In this document: in pieces, positions 1 through 9,916 of the stretch
Layout: every line of letters begins with the position of its first letter
How positions within the stretch are numbered: the stretch's first letter is position 1
IMG/VR virus record: IMGVR_UViG_2526164690_000046
Reading direction: 5' to 3' (one strand)
Source of the DNA: a virus
Lineage: Duplodnaviria; Heunggongvirae; Uroviricota; Caudoviricetes
Length of the DNA stretch: 22,540 bases
Notes under the pieces: generated by a model
Told to the model about the DNA's origin: nothing
The model's database searches: none
Seen by the model: only the letters and a program-made list of their open reading frames with translations
Program-made: the position numbers and the translations under genes

Positions 1-1236
1 CTATGATAACCGCGCATTCAACATGGCTATCTGTTCGTCGTTCATGTCATCAATCCACATACCGTAAATTTCATACACCATCTGCGCAGTTTCATGCCCC
101 ATTTGGCTGGCTATAAATGCCGGGTTCGCTCCTGCCGTCAACAGCCAGCAGGCAAAAGTATGCCGCGTATGGTACGGATTACGGCGGCGAATACCAGCAC
201 GTTTTACTGCTGCATTCCACCTTGCCCCCAAACTGCTTACCGAGTAATAAGGTTTTTGTTTTCCGTTACACACCCTGGGCATGAAAACAAAATGCAGTTT
301 TTGCTTTTCGGTTCTGCCGTACTCCCGATGATAAAAGGTGATTTCGCTTTTGCGATGATGCCCGGTCAGTTTGTATTGCTCCTTCAGTGCTTCAAGAGCA
401 GGCTGCAGTAGTGTTACTGTCCGGATCCCGGCATTTGTTTTTGGGGGACCGAACATATCAAGTATCGTCAGGTTTCTTCTGACATTCACTATTCCCTTTT
501 CGAGATCCACATCCTCCCACGCCAGAGCTGCCAGTTCCCCGTGACGAAGTCCTGAGTAAACTGCAAATTTCCACATGTTCTGGCTCTGTCCTTTTTCACT
601 TTCCATTAATGCATTGAATTCTGTTTTAGATAACGGATCAGGCTTTATTCTGTTTCGCTGTAATTTTTTTACTCCTTCAAATGGTTTGGTTGATATAAAT
701 CCCGACTGATACGCAAAACGTAACAGCGAACAGAGCAGGGCGATATAGTTATCAACTGTGCGCACGGTTCTTCCTTTTTTGTTGGATCTTGGATTATCCA
801 GGTAAAGCGTTTCTCCATGCAGCAGTTCATTCCGGTAGTTTAAGATATCGCTATAACGAATATGTGATATCAGGGTACTTTCACAAATTATTATTCTGAG
901 TGTTTTTAATTGTGATTTCGTTTTCTTCATTGTGTTTGTTGTTAACTCTGTCTCTTTAATTTTTGTCCAGATATCACAAAGCTCTCCGAACGTTTTTATG
1001 ACTCTCGTTGTCACCATTTTTGCCCCAGTGCTGGACTGGGGAAAACGTCTTAAATACTCAAATTCACCGGAGTTTATTTCATGAACTATCAGCGCTCTTA
1101 AATTTCCGGCCTTTTTAATATTACTGTTTGTAATCTCCCAGCCTTTTAATGTTTCCCGACATCGTTTTCCTCGAAACATGAACCAGATGCGAATGTATCT
1201 ACCTCTAATCTCGACACCTGTTGGTAATTTAGACAT
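1..1236 (-). CDS. intR: Phage tyrosine integrase (Rac-prophage IntR type)
   Basis: 411-aa ORF from the track; tyrosine-recombinase-like C-terminal region (..RHGELAALAWEDV.., ..HTRHTFACWLL..); length equals what I recall for Rac IntR; start codon sits 2 nt from the stop of the adjacent xis-like gene. Confidence 0.85.
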   Translation of the reverse strand: MSKLPTGVEIRGRYIRIWFMFRGKRCRETLKGWEITNSNIKKAGNLRALIVHEINSGEFEYLRRFPQSSTGAKMVTTRVIKTFGELCDIWTKIKETELTTNTMKKTKSQLKTLRIIICESTLISHIRYSDILNYRNELLHGETLYLDNPRSNKKGRTVRTVDNYIALLCSLLRFAYQSGFISTKPFEGVKKLQRNRIKPDPLSKTEFNALMESEKGQSQNMWKFAVYSGLRHGELAALAWEDVDLEKGIVNVRRNLTILDMFGPPKTNAGIRTVTLLQPALEALKEQYKLTGHHRKSEITFYHREYGRTEKQKLHFVFMPRVCNGKQKPYYSVSSLGARWNAAVKRAGIRRRNPYHTRHTFACWLLTAGANPAFIASQMGHETAQMVYEIYGMWIDDMNDEQIAMLNARLS

Positions 1237-1237
1237 A

Positions 1238-1453
1238 TCATGAGTCTTTGATAAACTGATTTATCTTTGGATAGTTGTACCAGATAATCCCTCGTTTGCT
1301 GTCTGGCTTACCTAAAGGAGATACTCGTTTGAAGTGGAAGCCCTCCACCCAACAGTTCTGGCGGTATGCTTCAATTTGTCTGGCCCCCAGACCAGTGCGA
1401 AGCATCAGGCCGTATTCAACCATCCACTCTTCATTAAAGATTACTTGTGCCAT
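1238..1453 (-). CDS. ydaQ: Excisionase-like protein (YdaQ/XisR-like)
   Basis: Small ORF immediately upstream of int on the same strand; internal Met ([11 protein letters not shown]..) gives 71 aa, the recalled YdaQ length; the track ORF extends 8 codons further upstream (to 1477). Confidence 0.65.
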   Translation of the reverse strand: MAQVIFNEEWMVEYGLMLRTGLGARQIEAYRQNCWVEGFHFKRVSPLGKPDSKRGIIWYNYPKINQFIKDS

Positions 1454-1552
1454 CGCATCACCTCTGGCAGGCGCCAATGTTAGACTGAAATTGACGCCCG
1501 ATGTTGATTATTAATAATCAGCTATGAAGTTTTAATTTGAATACAATGCAAT

Positions 1553-1813
1553 TCACGAGGACTGAAGTTTCTCGCAATTAAAATTTATCAGTTTTACTTT
1601 CTGCTCTCTGGAAACGCCTGCTTCTTTTTTACCTGAGAGCATTTTTTCGCATTCTGATTTCGTTAGTTTAGATTTTGAATATCTTGTCCAGTTAGTAGGA
1701 GTGCCACCTTCCTTTTCAATAGTGGCGGTAATTTTATACATGAACACCTCCATTATTATTTCCAGTGGTTCGTTTATTTCATCGTTCGAGTGCTTCTTTT
1801 TCACTTCCACCAT
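1553..1813 (-). CDS. ydaC: Small Rac-prophage protein (YdaC-like); start codon uncertain
   Basis: 86-aa track ORF between xis and ralR in the conserved Rac order; several in-frame Met codons are possible starts. Confidence 0.5.
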   Translation of the reverse strand: MVEVKKKHSNDEINEPLEIIMEVFMYKITATIEKEGGTPTNWTRYSKSKLTKSECEKMLSGKKEAGVSREQKVKLINFNCEKLQSS

Positions 1814-1928
1814 AACCGGTTCGGGATTCGCATCCGTTACACTTCGCTCGGTAATATCCTGAAATGGCTTTCACCGTTACTGATGGACAACCACAAAATG
1901 GACATGGTTTAACATTGTCATATCTCAT
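1734..1928 (-). pseudogene. ralR: Restriction-alleviation protein RalR/Lar-like gene interrupted by an in-frame TGA at codon 50
   Basis: Minus-strand ATG at 1928 reads MRYDNVKPCPFCGCPSVTVKAISGYYRAKCNGCESRTGYGGSEKEALER then TGA (plus-strand tca at 1779-1781); reading through continues in frame (NKRTTGNNNGGVHV) to TAA at 1734-1736, giving exactly 64 codons, the recalled RalR length; CxxC...CxxC zinc-ribbon motif. Confidence 0.5.
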
Positions 1929-1983
1929 AATTTTTCTCATAAAAATATTTCAAGTTGGCGGTGCATTACACCGCCAGGCTGAA

Positions 1984-2792
1984 TTATTCCTCTGAATTAT
2001 CGATTACACTGTATTCCCCGGTTAATACAGAGGAATCTGCAGGATCGATTGTCAGTGGTTCCTTTTCATCCATTGATACTGCACGCTGGATCTCAATTGA
2101 TACGGGCAGATATTTGAACAGGCGACGAATAGCCGTTTTCTTTGCCATTTCTTCCCAGTGAGTTACCCACGGCCCGTTATTACCAGCTTTACTCTGGCTG
2201 CGCACCAGCTCAATCTGTTTGCGCGTCATAACTTCAAACTGAGTACCTCCGTCTTTCAGTCTTGCGACAGCATAGACGTGGGTAACAGGGGCATCTTCGT
2301 TTTCTCCTGGGCGGTGTATTAACTTTTCATCAAGGCCAAATTCGAAATTAAACTCGTCACCTTCACGGACAACACGGGCTGACAGGCTGGCGATTTGACC
2401 TGAACGGCGAGCCAGATCAATCATGCCGCGATAGCCAATGATTAGCTGAACGTTTTTTTACCGCTCTTTTCGTTTTTATTACCAAAAGGCAGTAAATATG
2501 CATGACCGAGGGCGCTACCGGGCTCAAGTCCGAGCTGTGAACACTGTACGATTGCACTGACAAAACTCATAGTGTCACAGTTTCCTAACGCCGGAACTTT
2601 ACGAATTTCTGTGGTGGCGATACGGATCATACGTTCAGCCGTCATATGGCGTGGAAGAGCTGCTGCCAGTTGCTCTTTCATTGATGGCTGGTTAATAAAA
2701 CTAATCACGTCGTTATTTTTAATTGCTGCTGGTGCACGGTTTCCCTGAGTTTTTTGCAGATCGGCTTTTGCGATTGGTGGTTGCTTAGTCAT
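1984..2792 (-). pseudogene. recT: recT (ssDNA-annealing recombinase) disrupted by a -1 frameshift in a homopolymer run
   Basis: Two adjacent minus-strand ORFs in different frames (2442-2792 from [12 protein letters not shown].., and 1984-2424) together cover RecT; the N-terminal frame ends ..NEKSGKKTFS* while the C-terminal frame read upstream of its Met gives *KNVQLIIGYRGMIDL; the frames meet in a 7-T run at plus 2453-2459 (A7 on the coding strand), so A8 would restore one ORF. Confidence 0.8.
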
Positions 2793-5385
2793 TTGCATAT
2801 TCCTTAGCCCAGCGGGGCAGTGATAACGTCTTAATAGCTGGCCATTCATCGGTATTGAGGCAGTCAGCCAGGGTTCGCAGATTGCGGTGATATTCCAGCT
2901 GACCTGCCAGTTTTGCTTCTTCGCCCATCATGAAAATTTCAACCGGATAACGTCCGCATTCAATAGTTGTGCTGGCAACCAGAAAAACGAAAGTTGGCTG
3001 CACTCCAAACTGTGCTTCATAACCGTCACTGTAGAATGCATCCTGAACGTGATAGCGGTAGTCGTAATAAGCGGTTTTGAATCGTTGAATATCCGCCGTA
3101 GTTTTCACGTCCATGATCCAGTGAAATTCAGGGATAATTTTGTCCGGACGGCACCGACACAAAATTGCTGTTTCAGGATCTTCCCAGTAAATTGATGATT
3201 CAGCGTGTCCGGCGCTTTCAACAAGCCATTGCCCCAGCGGCAAAGCCATAACGCTCTGATACATGAGTTCAATTTTCCGGCCTTCTTCGGCAGTGATAAC
3301 CGTTTTTCCTGTGCTTGCGCATTCCCTCAGAAACGCTTTCTCTTCTTCTTTTCCGGAGTTTGTCCGGCGGTTAAATTCAGGTGCTACGATAAAGCGGTTA
3401 CTGAATTCTTCCGGCTCAAGTACCCGGCAGTGGAAAGCGGTTCCTAAATCGAGCGTTTTTGTCTTTGTGGTGTCCACGGGGGCATTTTTACGCCACAAAT
3501 ACAGTGCCGGAGTATCAGCAATGTCATCAAGCTGAGACTTACTGACACCGGGACCCGCGTGGTAATTCTCATTCGAAATTCCGTAATAAATACCTGGCTC
3601 TATGTCTTCTACGATTACGGGATCTGCGACTTCGCCAGTTTCATCACTGCAATCGCGATGCGGATCGCTGCCAGCATTCTCATTGTGCGGATGTTCAGCG
3701 CCTTCCATTTCCTCCGGATCATTTTCCTTAGCTTCAACCTGACTCTCTTCATCGAATGTTTCCTGGTATGTTGCGTCGCCCATCACCGCACCACAGTCAG
3801 GGCAGTTATCCCCGCCAGTCTGGCCGCAGGCATTGCAGGCTATTTCCGGTTCCTGTTGCACTACTGGCTCAGGTTGATTCATATCCGGGCTGGTTTTTTC
3901 CGTTTCTGGCTGGTTCTGGTACACACAATCGCGAGTCTGGATCCCCTTTACCCATTTCGGATCGTTCGGGTCGCTAATTCCGTCAACAAATTCACCACGT
4001 GATGCAGCAAGCAATTTATCGGCATCGACAGGATTTTTTGATGGAATGTTTTTCCGGGCTTCATGGAGTTCTGCCCGCAGTTCCTGATATTTCGCATCAA
4101 CAGAATTTACCTGTGACTGAGCATCCAGCGGCTGCGTGTCCTGATGATGTTCAGTTGCGTCCGGTTCCATTGTTTCAGCCTCTCCCTGTTCAACTGCCGT
4201 TGTTCCAGATGGTTGCGGTTTTTCTTCATAATCCTGTTTTCCTTCTTCTGTTACTCGCTGCGGCATCGGGGCAGAGGAGCGACCGCAGGCAATATCCACG
4301 ATTTCCGGATCAGGGTTGGCATGATCGGTTTCAGTCAGTACTTTGTTCAGATATTCAGTGACGTGCGCGGGGATGACCTCGATCCCAATTGGTGCTTCTT
4401 TTACGGACGCAACCACGATGGCGCGGGAATAATCCAGCCCGCCAGGCATGGTGATGAATTTGTCGCGGAAAACAGAAAAGGGCGGTTTATTTTCAGCGAT
4501 AATTTCCTCAATGCGTTTAGCGTGTGCCGGATGAAGGTTATAGATGTCCAGATCCATTGAACGGGCCAGTACGCCAGTGGCTACGTCCCGCGCCAGTGAC
4601 GTCAGATCGTGTACGAAACCTTCGCCGCGATCGGTGAGGTTTCCGCCGCCAGCATTAGCACCGGAAGCCGTGCGAGTGATGTGTGAAACACGATTACCCT
4701 TCATCCACTCTTTTGTCAGCAGTCCTCGATCGGTGTAGTCAGCGTTCAGGTATGCTTCGAAAAAAGCAGTTATCAGTCCCAGGTTTGAATTACCAGGATT
4801 AGGGAAAACTTTGTCAGTGTCACGAACCAGTTTGTGGAGTTCGCGAATTTCCAGCGGGTCGAGCAGGCTGGTTTTGTGGGAAACAGCCAGGGCAGTAACA
4901 GCCGGTAGTTCTTCAGCCCGAGCAATGTGTAATGCCTGGAGTCCGTCGCGTGAAACGTGCGTTACCGGTTTTTCGCTGCCGTGTTGAGCAAGCCAACGAA
5001 TGGGCAGTTCCTGGCCAGAAATTGGGAGTAGCATATTCTCCTCAATCTCAGTCATGTCTTCGCCGTTGACGTTGGTATTGCCTTGATAGTGAGCGTTGTC
5101 TGGTGCTGCTCCCGGTTTTAGTTCCCATGTCATGGAGTCTTTGCTGAGTTGATAGCGTTCACTCCAGGTAAAATCGATCTCACCTTCAGCGGGCAGGTCA
5201 TTAACGACAGGAAAATTCGTGGCAACAGCTTTAAAATAGCTGCTCAGTTTTTTACCTGACTTAACGATCAGGTAGTCCAGAGTGGCACAGGTCGATTCAA
5301 AATCGTTGCTTGCCCACAGGACGACGTCAGGTTCACCGGATGATTTTTTCGCTTTCCGTAACAGGAAGAGTGGTTTTGTGCTCAT
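2785..5385 (-). CDS. recE: Exodeoxyribonuclease VIII (RecE)
   Basis: 866-aa intact ORF; length and sequence consistent with recalled RecE; stop overlaps the recT start (ATGACTAA) as in the recET operon; GAGG SD before the start. Confidence 0.9.
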   Translation of the reverse strand: MSTKPLFLLRKAKKSSGEPDVVLWASNDFESTCATLDYLIVKSGKKLSSYFKAVATNFPVVNDLPAEGEIDFTWSERYQLSKDSMTWELKPGAAPDNAHYQGNTNVNGEDMTEIEENMLLPISGQELPIRWLAQHGSEKPVTHVSRDGLQALHIARAEELPAVTALAVSHKTSLLDPLEIRELHKLVRDTDKVFPNPGNSNLGLITAFFEAYLNADYTDRGLLTKEWMKGNRVSHITRTASGANAGGGNLTDRGEGFVHDLTSLARDVATGVLARSMDLDIYNLHPAHAKRIEEIIAENKPPFSVFRDKFITMPGGLDYSRAIVVASVKEAPIGIEVIPAHVTEYLNKVLTETDHANPDPEIVDIACGRSSAPMPQRVTEEGKQDYEEKPQPSGTTAVEQGEAETMEPDATEHHQDTQPLDAQSQVNSVDAKYQELRAELHEARKNIPSKNPVDADKLLAASRGEFVDGISDPNDPKWVKGIQTRDCVYQNQPETEKTSPDMNQPEPVVQQEPEIACNACGQTGGDNCPDCGAVMGDATYQETFDEESQVEAKENDPEEMEGAEHPHNENAGSDPHRDCSDETGEVADPVIVEDIEPGIYYGISNENYHAGPGVSKSQLDDIADTPALYLWRKNAPVDTTKTKTLDLGTAFHCRVLEPEEFSNRFIVAPEFNRRTNSGKEEEKAFLRECASTGKTVITAEEGRKIELMYQSVMALPLGQWLVESAGHAESSIYWEDPETAILCRCRPDKIIPEFHWIMDVKTTADIQRFKTAYYDYRYHVQDAFYSDGYEAQFGVQPTFVFLVASTTIECGRYPVEIFMMGEEAKLAGQLEYHRNLRTLADCLNTDEWPAIKTLSLPRWAKEYAND

Positions 5386-5486
5386 TGTTTTTTAACCTCA
5401 ACTCAGATTAAAATTCGTTTTGTTCAGTGAATGATCTTGCCGGATACACACTGTTCATAGCCTGCGCCATACGCAGGCTATTTCTT

Positions 5487-5762
5487 TCAGATTTCACCTT
5501 TTAATTTCATTGCAATTAGAGTTGCCAGAAATTCGGCTTTTTTTTCTGCGGGCAGATTCTTTCCGATATGCACCAGGCACATTTTTTTGACACCTTCATC
5601 AAGTGTTTTTACGTTGCCTGATGGACCATCGATATCAACCACAGTGAATGGGGTTTCTTTATTTTCTGTTTTAATTACGTAGCCAATGCGCTTTCCTTCC
5701 AGATTCACCTCGTGAACAATGTCATCGGTAGTTACAACAGTGGCTTCATAATTGGTAATCAT
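5487..5762 (-). CDS. racC: RacC-like small protein
   Basis: Internal Met of the track ORF gives 91 aa (MITNYEATVVTTDD..) with an AAGGAG SD just upstream (plus 5763-5775 reverse-complemented); position upstream of recE. Confidence 0.7.
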   Translation of the reverse strand: MITNYEATVVTTDDIVHEVNLEGKRIGYVIKTENKETPFTVVDIDGPSGNVKTLDEGVKKMCLVHIGKNLPAEKKAEFLATLIAMKLKGEI

Positions 5763-5836
5763 GTTTTTCTCCTTAATTAAGGTTGAGCGAATACCTGCCA
5801 TTTCTGGCATAAATTCAGTTTCGAATAGTCAATTAA

Positions 5837-6007
5837 TTAAAGTTCATGTGCCATCTGGTCTTTTTCGGCACAAGCTTCACTGCAATATTTTCTCGGTTCG
5901 TCTTTTGATAAAATCCCGTGCATGAAGTGAAGCATTCTTTCAATAGCTTTGCTTTCTTCAACGTCTTTTTTGCAAAGGTGGTAAGCACATTTTATTTTCT
6001 TAGTCAT
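5837..6007 (-). CDS. ydaE: Small Cys/His-rich protein (YdaE-like, 56 aa)
   Basis: Not in the ORF track (<60 aa); my translation: [56 protein letters not shown]; its ATG overlaps the kilR stop (ATGA), suggesting translational coupling. Confidence 0.65.
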   Translation of the reverse strand: MTKKIKCAYHLCKKDVEESKAIERMLHFMHGILSKDEPRKYCSEACAEKDQMAHEL

Positions 6008-6228
6008 CACCATGACTCCGCCTTTACAGGTAAACCATCACGACCGAGGAAGACTTTAATCATGCGGTCAGTAATGCATGTTTTTGTGGTCAGGTTACGA
6101 ATATATAGTTTTCGCTTTTTAATATTGTTTGCCGAGGCAATATATGTCCGGCCTTCATGAAGAACATAATCGCCAGGAGTCACACACTGACGTGGTATTT
6201 CATCAGTTCCGAAGTGATGTGCAATCAT
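6007..6228 (-). CDS. kilR: KilR-like cell-division inhibitor
   Basis: Internal Met gives 73 aa ([30 protein letters not shown]..); GGAG SD precedes; conserved position next to ydaE. Confidence 0.8.
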   Translation of the reverse strand: MIAHHFGTDEIPRQCVTPGDYVLHEGRTYIASANNIKKRKLYIRNLTTKTCITDRMIKVFLGRDGLPVKAESW

Positions 6229-6648
6229 AATTATCTCCATTTTTACAAATGAACTTTGTTGATGCGGTGCCTGGTGCCTCCAGGTGACTGCAACCAGTTA
6301 ACAATTACAGTCGGCTTTCCCACCCAAACCAATAAGGACTAACATGACTTTTAACTGTGCCGCGTGCGCTTAGCCGCATTCACCGCATCACAAAATTCAC
6401 TTTAAAAAGGGCGGACATCAGTCGAACTTCAAGAAAAAACTGATGCCGCCAAGACTACACACAGCAGTGTTGTTATTCACAACCGGAGGCGCACTCCCAC
6501 CATTTAAATTTAACAGACAAGACCGACTCTTTATGGATACCGGAAATGCGCCTTCGTGTTGTGCCCGGTTTTATTTCACCACCTCCGGGCTTTGGTGGCC
6601 TCGGCTATACCCCTACAGCAAGAATATTGAATTAATCCAATAAATGGT

Positions 6649-6888
6649 TTAGCTGGTATTTTTGGCAAGCCAGCGACGGGCACCATTTTCGGTTTTAAAC
6701 GTTTTGCTTTTGGTATACGTCATTGCGGTGAACGTGCCGTCCTGGTTTGGAAACACGCCGTACACCAGAGATGCGTTGTTGCCAAGATCGATAGTATCCA
6801 TGCTGACCTCATTTCCCCTTAACGCCGGGGTAGCGGAACAAAAACCTGCTGCATAGTTATTAAAGTTGAACCCTGCCGTCATGTTCAT
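6649..6888 (-). CDS. Small prophage protein (possibly YdaF/YdaG-region homolog)
   Basis: 79-aa track ORF on the early-left strand between kilR and the repressor gene; identity from memory only. Confidence 0.45.
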   Translation of the reverse strand: MNMTAGFNFNNYAAGFCSATPALRGNEVSMDTIDLGNNASLVYGVFPNQDGTFTAMTYTKSKTFKTENGARRWLAKNTS

Positions 6889-7089
6889 ACGCCTCGGGCT
6901 GGCTACTTAACCCCTGACCACTGCCGGGTAACTCGAAGTATTGCCCTGCGTTCTGTGGGGCGGGGTGGGTTGGTAGGTATATGATGTACTTTGTGTTCAT
7001 TGATGTAAAGTACTTTAAGTACATTTTGTGTGTAAAAAAATGAGATGGGATAAAGTGAAGCACAAACCCGGAGGGGGACGCTACCGGAT

Positions 7090-7518
7090 TTATGCTGGTT
7101 TAAGAGGCTTTTTGTTTTTCTTTCGTGCTAGCTCTTCGTAAATTGCATTGTACTTCTGTTTTTTCTCCTCAAGAGTTTTTAAAAGTTCATCTGTCTCACT
7201 GTCAGGGAGCTCGTCCAGAAGGTCAATGATGATTTTTTGTCTTGGATTTAACTCCTGATAGAAACGTACCTGTCCACTTTCTTCTGTATCCTCTCCCAAA
7301 AGATAGGTTGGTGTTGTTCCAATGAGTGTTGCTAATTCCCTTAATTTCTCTCGGCGAGGAATTGTTTCGCCATTAAACCATTTGCTAACCGCTTTTGGTG
7401 TTAATTTCATTCGACGGGCAATTTCTGCCTGCCTTCCATGTTGTTCATAACCAGCGTTTTCACAGGCTAGCGCAAGCCTACTGGCGAACTCTTTACGCGC
7501 TTTATCTTCATGAACCAT
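7090..7518 (-). CDS. racR: HTH (XRE/CI-like) prophage repressor, RacR position
   Basis: 142-aa ORF with HTH segment (..QAEIARRMKLTPKAVSKWFNGETIPR..); divergent from the Cro-like ydaS gene across a 79-bp intergenic region. Confidence 0.65.
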   Translation of the reverse strand: MVHEDKARKEFASRLALACENAGYEQHGRQAEIARRMKLTPKAVSKWFNGETIPRREKLRELATLIGTTPTYLLGEDTEESGQVRFYQELNPRQKIIIDLLDELPDSETDELLKTLEEKKQKYNAIYEELARKKNKKPLKPA

Positions 7519-7538
7519 AAGTTCAATGATATTCGCTC

Positions 7539-7573
7539 TTGAATGTACTGTCAGTTCTGTTATAGCATGTACT
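7539..7573 (+). promoter_or_regulatory. Candidate rightward promoter and operators in the racR/ydaS divergent region
   Basis: TTGAAT (7539-7544), 16-bp spacer, TATAGC (7561-7566); two direct ATGTACT copies at 7543-7549 and 7567-7573 flank the -10. Confidence 0.4.
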
Positions 7574-7597
7574 CAAAGTTCACATTGTGAGGGTGAT

Positions 7598-7852
7598 ATG
7601 AACCAGAAAACACTTGAAGATGTAATCAAAACTGTTCGCGTTTCTGTTGTGGCCGACGTTTGTGGTGTCAGCCAAAGAGCAATCTACAAATGGATGGATA
7701 ACGGAAAATTGCCTCGCACAGAATATACCGGCGAAACAAATTACGCTGAAAAAATCGCTCATGCATCAAACGGATTATTTTCTGCTGATGTAATTTTAAC
7801 TATTGGCAGAAATAAAACTACTACGAAAAAGCTGATGGGAGTTGATTCATGA
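7598..7852 (+). CDS. ydaS: Cro/YdaS-like HTH protein
   Basis: ATG at 7598 preceded by GAGGG; HTH-like ..VADVCGVSQRAIYKWMDNGKLP..; divergent from the repressor gene; stop overlaps the ydaT start (ATGA). Confidence 0.65.
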   Translation: MNQKTLEDVIKTVRVSVVADVCGVSQRAIYKWMDNGKLPRTEYTGETNYAEKIAHASNGLFSADVILTIGRNKTTTKKLMGVDS

Positions 7853-8271
7853 AAATCAAGCATGAGCACATCGAGTCAGTGTTGTTAGCCCTGGCAGCCG
7901 AAAAAGGGCAGGCATGGGTAGCCAATGCCATTACTGAAGAATATCTGCGCCAGGGGGGCGGCGAATTGCCCCTGGTACCAGGCAAGGACTGGAATAATCA
8001 GCAGAATATCTATCACCGTTGGTTGAAAGGTGAAACGAAAACGCAAAGAGAAAAAATTCAGAAGCTGATCCCAGCAATTCTGGCAATCCTTCCGCGCGAG
8101 CTGCGTCACCGACTCTGCATCTTCGATACCCTGGAACGCCGTGCATTACTGGCGGCGCAGGAAGCGTTAAGTACGGCAATTGATGCGCATGATGATGCAG
8201 TCCAAGCCGTTTACCGGAAAGCGCATTTCAGCGGCGGCGGGTCTTCCGACGATTCTGTCATTGTTCATTAA
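7849..8271 (+). CDS. ydaT: YdaT-like protein (toxic when derepressed in Rac)
   Basis: 140-aa ORF, same length as recalled YdaT; coupled to ydaS. Confidence 0.7.
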   Translation: MKIKHEHIESVLLALAAEKGQAWVANAITEEYLRQGGGELPLVPGKDWNNQQNIYHRWLKGETKTQREKIQKLIPAILAILPRELRHRLCIFDTLERRALLAAQEALSTAIDAHDDAVQAVYRKAHFSGGGSSDDSVIVH

Positions 8272-8283
8272 GCAAAAGTTTCC

Positions 8284-9141
8284 ATGCTGTTTGTGCTTAT
8301 TCTAAGCCACCGGGCAGCATCATACGGGGCAATTATGGCCGCATTACCATACATGCAACTGTACATAGCTGATTACCTGGCTGACACCATGCATTTGTCA
8401 GCAGAGGAGCATGGTGCGTATTTGTTGCTGATGTTCAATTACTGGCAAACAGGAAAGCCAATACCTAAAAACAGGCTGGCAAAAATTGCCCGTCTGACTA
8501 ACGAGCGATGGGCTGATGTTGAACCATCCTTGCAGGAGTTTTTTTGCGATAACGGCGAGGAATGGGTGCATCTTCGGATTGAGGAAGATCTGGCATCAGT
8601 CAGGGAAAAATTAACCAAAAAATCAGCCGCAGGAAAAGCATCTGTTCAGGCCAGAAGAAGCAGAAAGGAAGCAGATGTTCAAACAAAACAAGAGAGAAAT
8701 TTAACAGGTGTTCAAACAGATGTTGAAGTGGTGTTTGAACATGATGTCAACACAAAGGCAACTAATAAAGATACAGATAAAGATCTAAAAACAGATCCCC
8801 CCCTAAATCCCCCCCGGGGGAATCGAGGTGTCAAAAAGTTTGACCCTCTGGATATTGCTTTGCCGAACTGGATTTCTGTCTCGCTTTGGCGTGAGTGGGT
8901 TGAATTTCGCCAGGCATTGCGAAAACCGATTCGAACGGAGCAGGGCGCTAACGGGGCGATACGGGAGCTGGAAAAATTCCGCCAGCAGGGTTTTTCACCT
9001 GAGCAGGTGATTCGACACAGCATCGCCAATGAATACCAGGGCTTGTTCGCGCCGAAAGGTGTTCGACCTGAGACGTTACTCCGACAGGTTAACACCGTCT
9101 CGTTACCGGATAGTGCGATCCCGCCAGGCTTCAGGGGGTAA
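8284..9141 (+). CDS. ydaU: Replication-initiation protein (YdaU-like, lambda O analogue)
   Basis: 285-aa ORF, the recalled YdaU length; sits directly upstream of the DnaC-like gene. Confidence 0.7.
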   Translation: MLFVLILSHRAASYGAIMAALPYMQLYIADYLADTMHLSAEEHGAYLLLMFNYWQTGKPIPKNRLAKIARLTNERWADVEPSLQEFFCDNGEEWVHLRIEEDLASVREKLTKKSAAGKASVQARRSRKEADVQTKQERNLTGVQTDVEVVFEHDVNTKATNKDTDKDLKTDPPLNPPRGNRGVKKFDPLDIALPNWISVSLWREWVEFRQALRKPIRTEQGANGAIRELEKFRQQGFSPEQVIRHSIANEYQGLFAPKGVRPETLLRQVNTVSLPDSAIPPGFRG

Positions 9142-9147
9142 CTGACC

Positions 9148-9894
9148 ATGAAAAATATTGCGACAGGCGACGTTCTTGAACGTATCCGCAGACTGGCCCC
9201 GTCACATGTAACCGCGCCATTCAAGACGGTAGCGGAGTGGCGCGAGTGGCAACTTTCCGAAGGCCAGAAACGTTGTGAGGAGATCAACCGTCAGAATCGT
9301 CAGTTGCGGGTGGAAAAAATTCTGAATCGCTCTGGCATCCAGCCATTGCACCGCAAATGCTCGTTTTCGAATTACCAGGTGCAGAACGAAGCGCAGCGAT
9401 ACGCGTTGAGTCAGGCGAAATCCATCGCTGATGAACTGATGACCGGGTGTACAAATTTTGCGTTCAGCGGAAAACCTGGTACCGGGAAGAACCACTTAGC
9501 GGCAGCTATCGGGAATCGCCTGCTGAAAGACGGTCAGACAGTGATTGTGGTTACCGTGGCTGATGTTATGAGTGCCCTGCACGCCAGCTATGACGATGGG
9601 CAGTCAGGCGAAAAATTTTTGCGGGAACTATGCGAAGTGGATCTGCTGGTTCTTGATGAAATTGGCATTCAGCGCGAGACGAAAAACGAGCAGGTGGTGC
9701 TGCACCAGATTGTTGATCGCCGGACAGCGTCGATGCGCAGCGTGGGGATGCTGACAAACCTGAACTATGAGGCCATGAAAACATTGCTCGGCGAGCGGAT
9801 TATGGATCGCATGACCATGAACGGCGGGCGATGGGTGAATTTTAACTGGGAGAGCTGGCGTCCGAATGTCGTCCAGCCAGGAATTGAGAAGTAA
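9148..9894 (+). CDS. ydaV: DnaC/IstB-like AAA+ helicase loader (YdaV-like)
   Basis: Walker [12 protein letters not shown] and Walker B LLVLDEIG in the 248-aa ORF. Confidence 0.85.
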   Translation: MKNIATGDVLERIRRLAPSHVTAPFKTVAEWREWQLSEGQKRCEEINRQNRQLRVEKILNRSGIQPLHRKCSFSNYQVQNEAQRYALSQAKSIADELMTGCTNFAFSGKPGTGKNHLAAAIGNRLLKDGQTVIVVTVADVMSALHASYDDGQSGEKFLRELCEVDLLVLDEIGIQRETKNEQVVLHQIVDRRTASMRSVGMLTNLNYEAMKTLLGERIMDRMTMNGGRWVNFNWESWRPNVVQPGIEK

Positions 9895-9916
9895 TTTTTA
9901 CCGGGAGGAAATTTTT

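Noticed and set aside
94-411. 105-aa plus-strand ORF
   Set aside because: Lies entirely antisense within the integrase gene; no SD
2887-4738. Several plus-strand ORFs of 60-147 aa
   Set aside because: All are antisense within intact recE, with low-complexity composition
6443-6643. 66-aa plus-strand ORF
   Set aside because: No SD and unusual composition; sits in the kil-operon leader
8800-8822. C7/C7/G5 homopolymer cluster as a phase-variation tract
   Set aside because: It is in frame inside ydaU, encoding PPLNPPRG, with no evidence of frame disruption
8712-9495. Minus-strand ORFs of 97-191 aa
   Set aside because: Antisense to ydaU and ydaV, which have strong domain support
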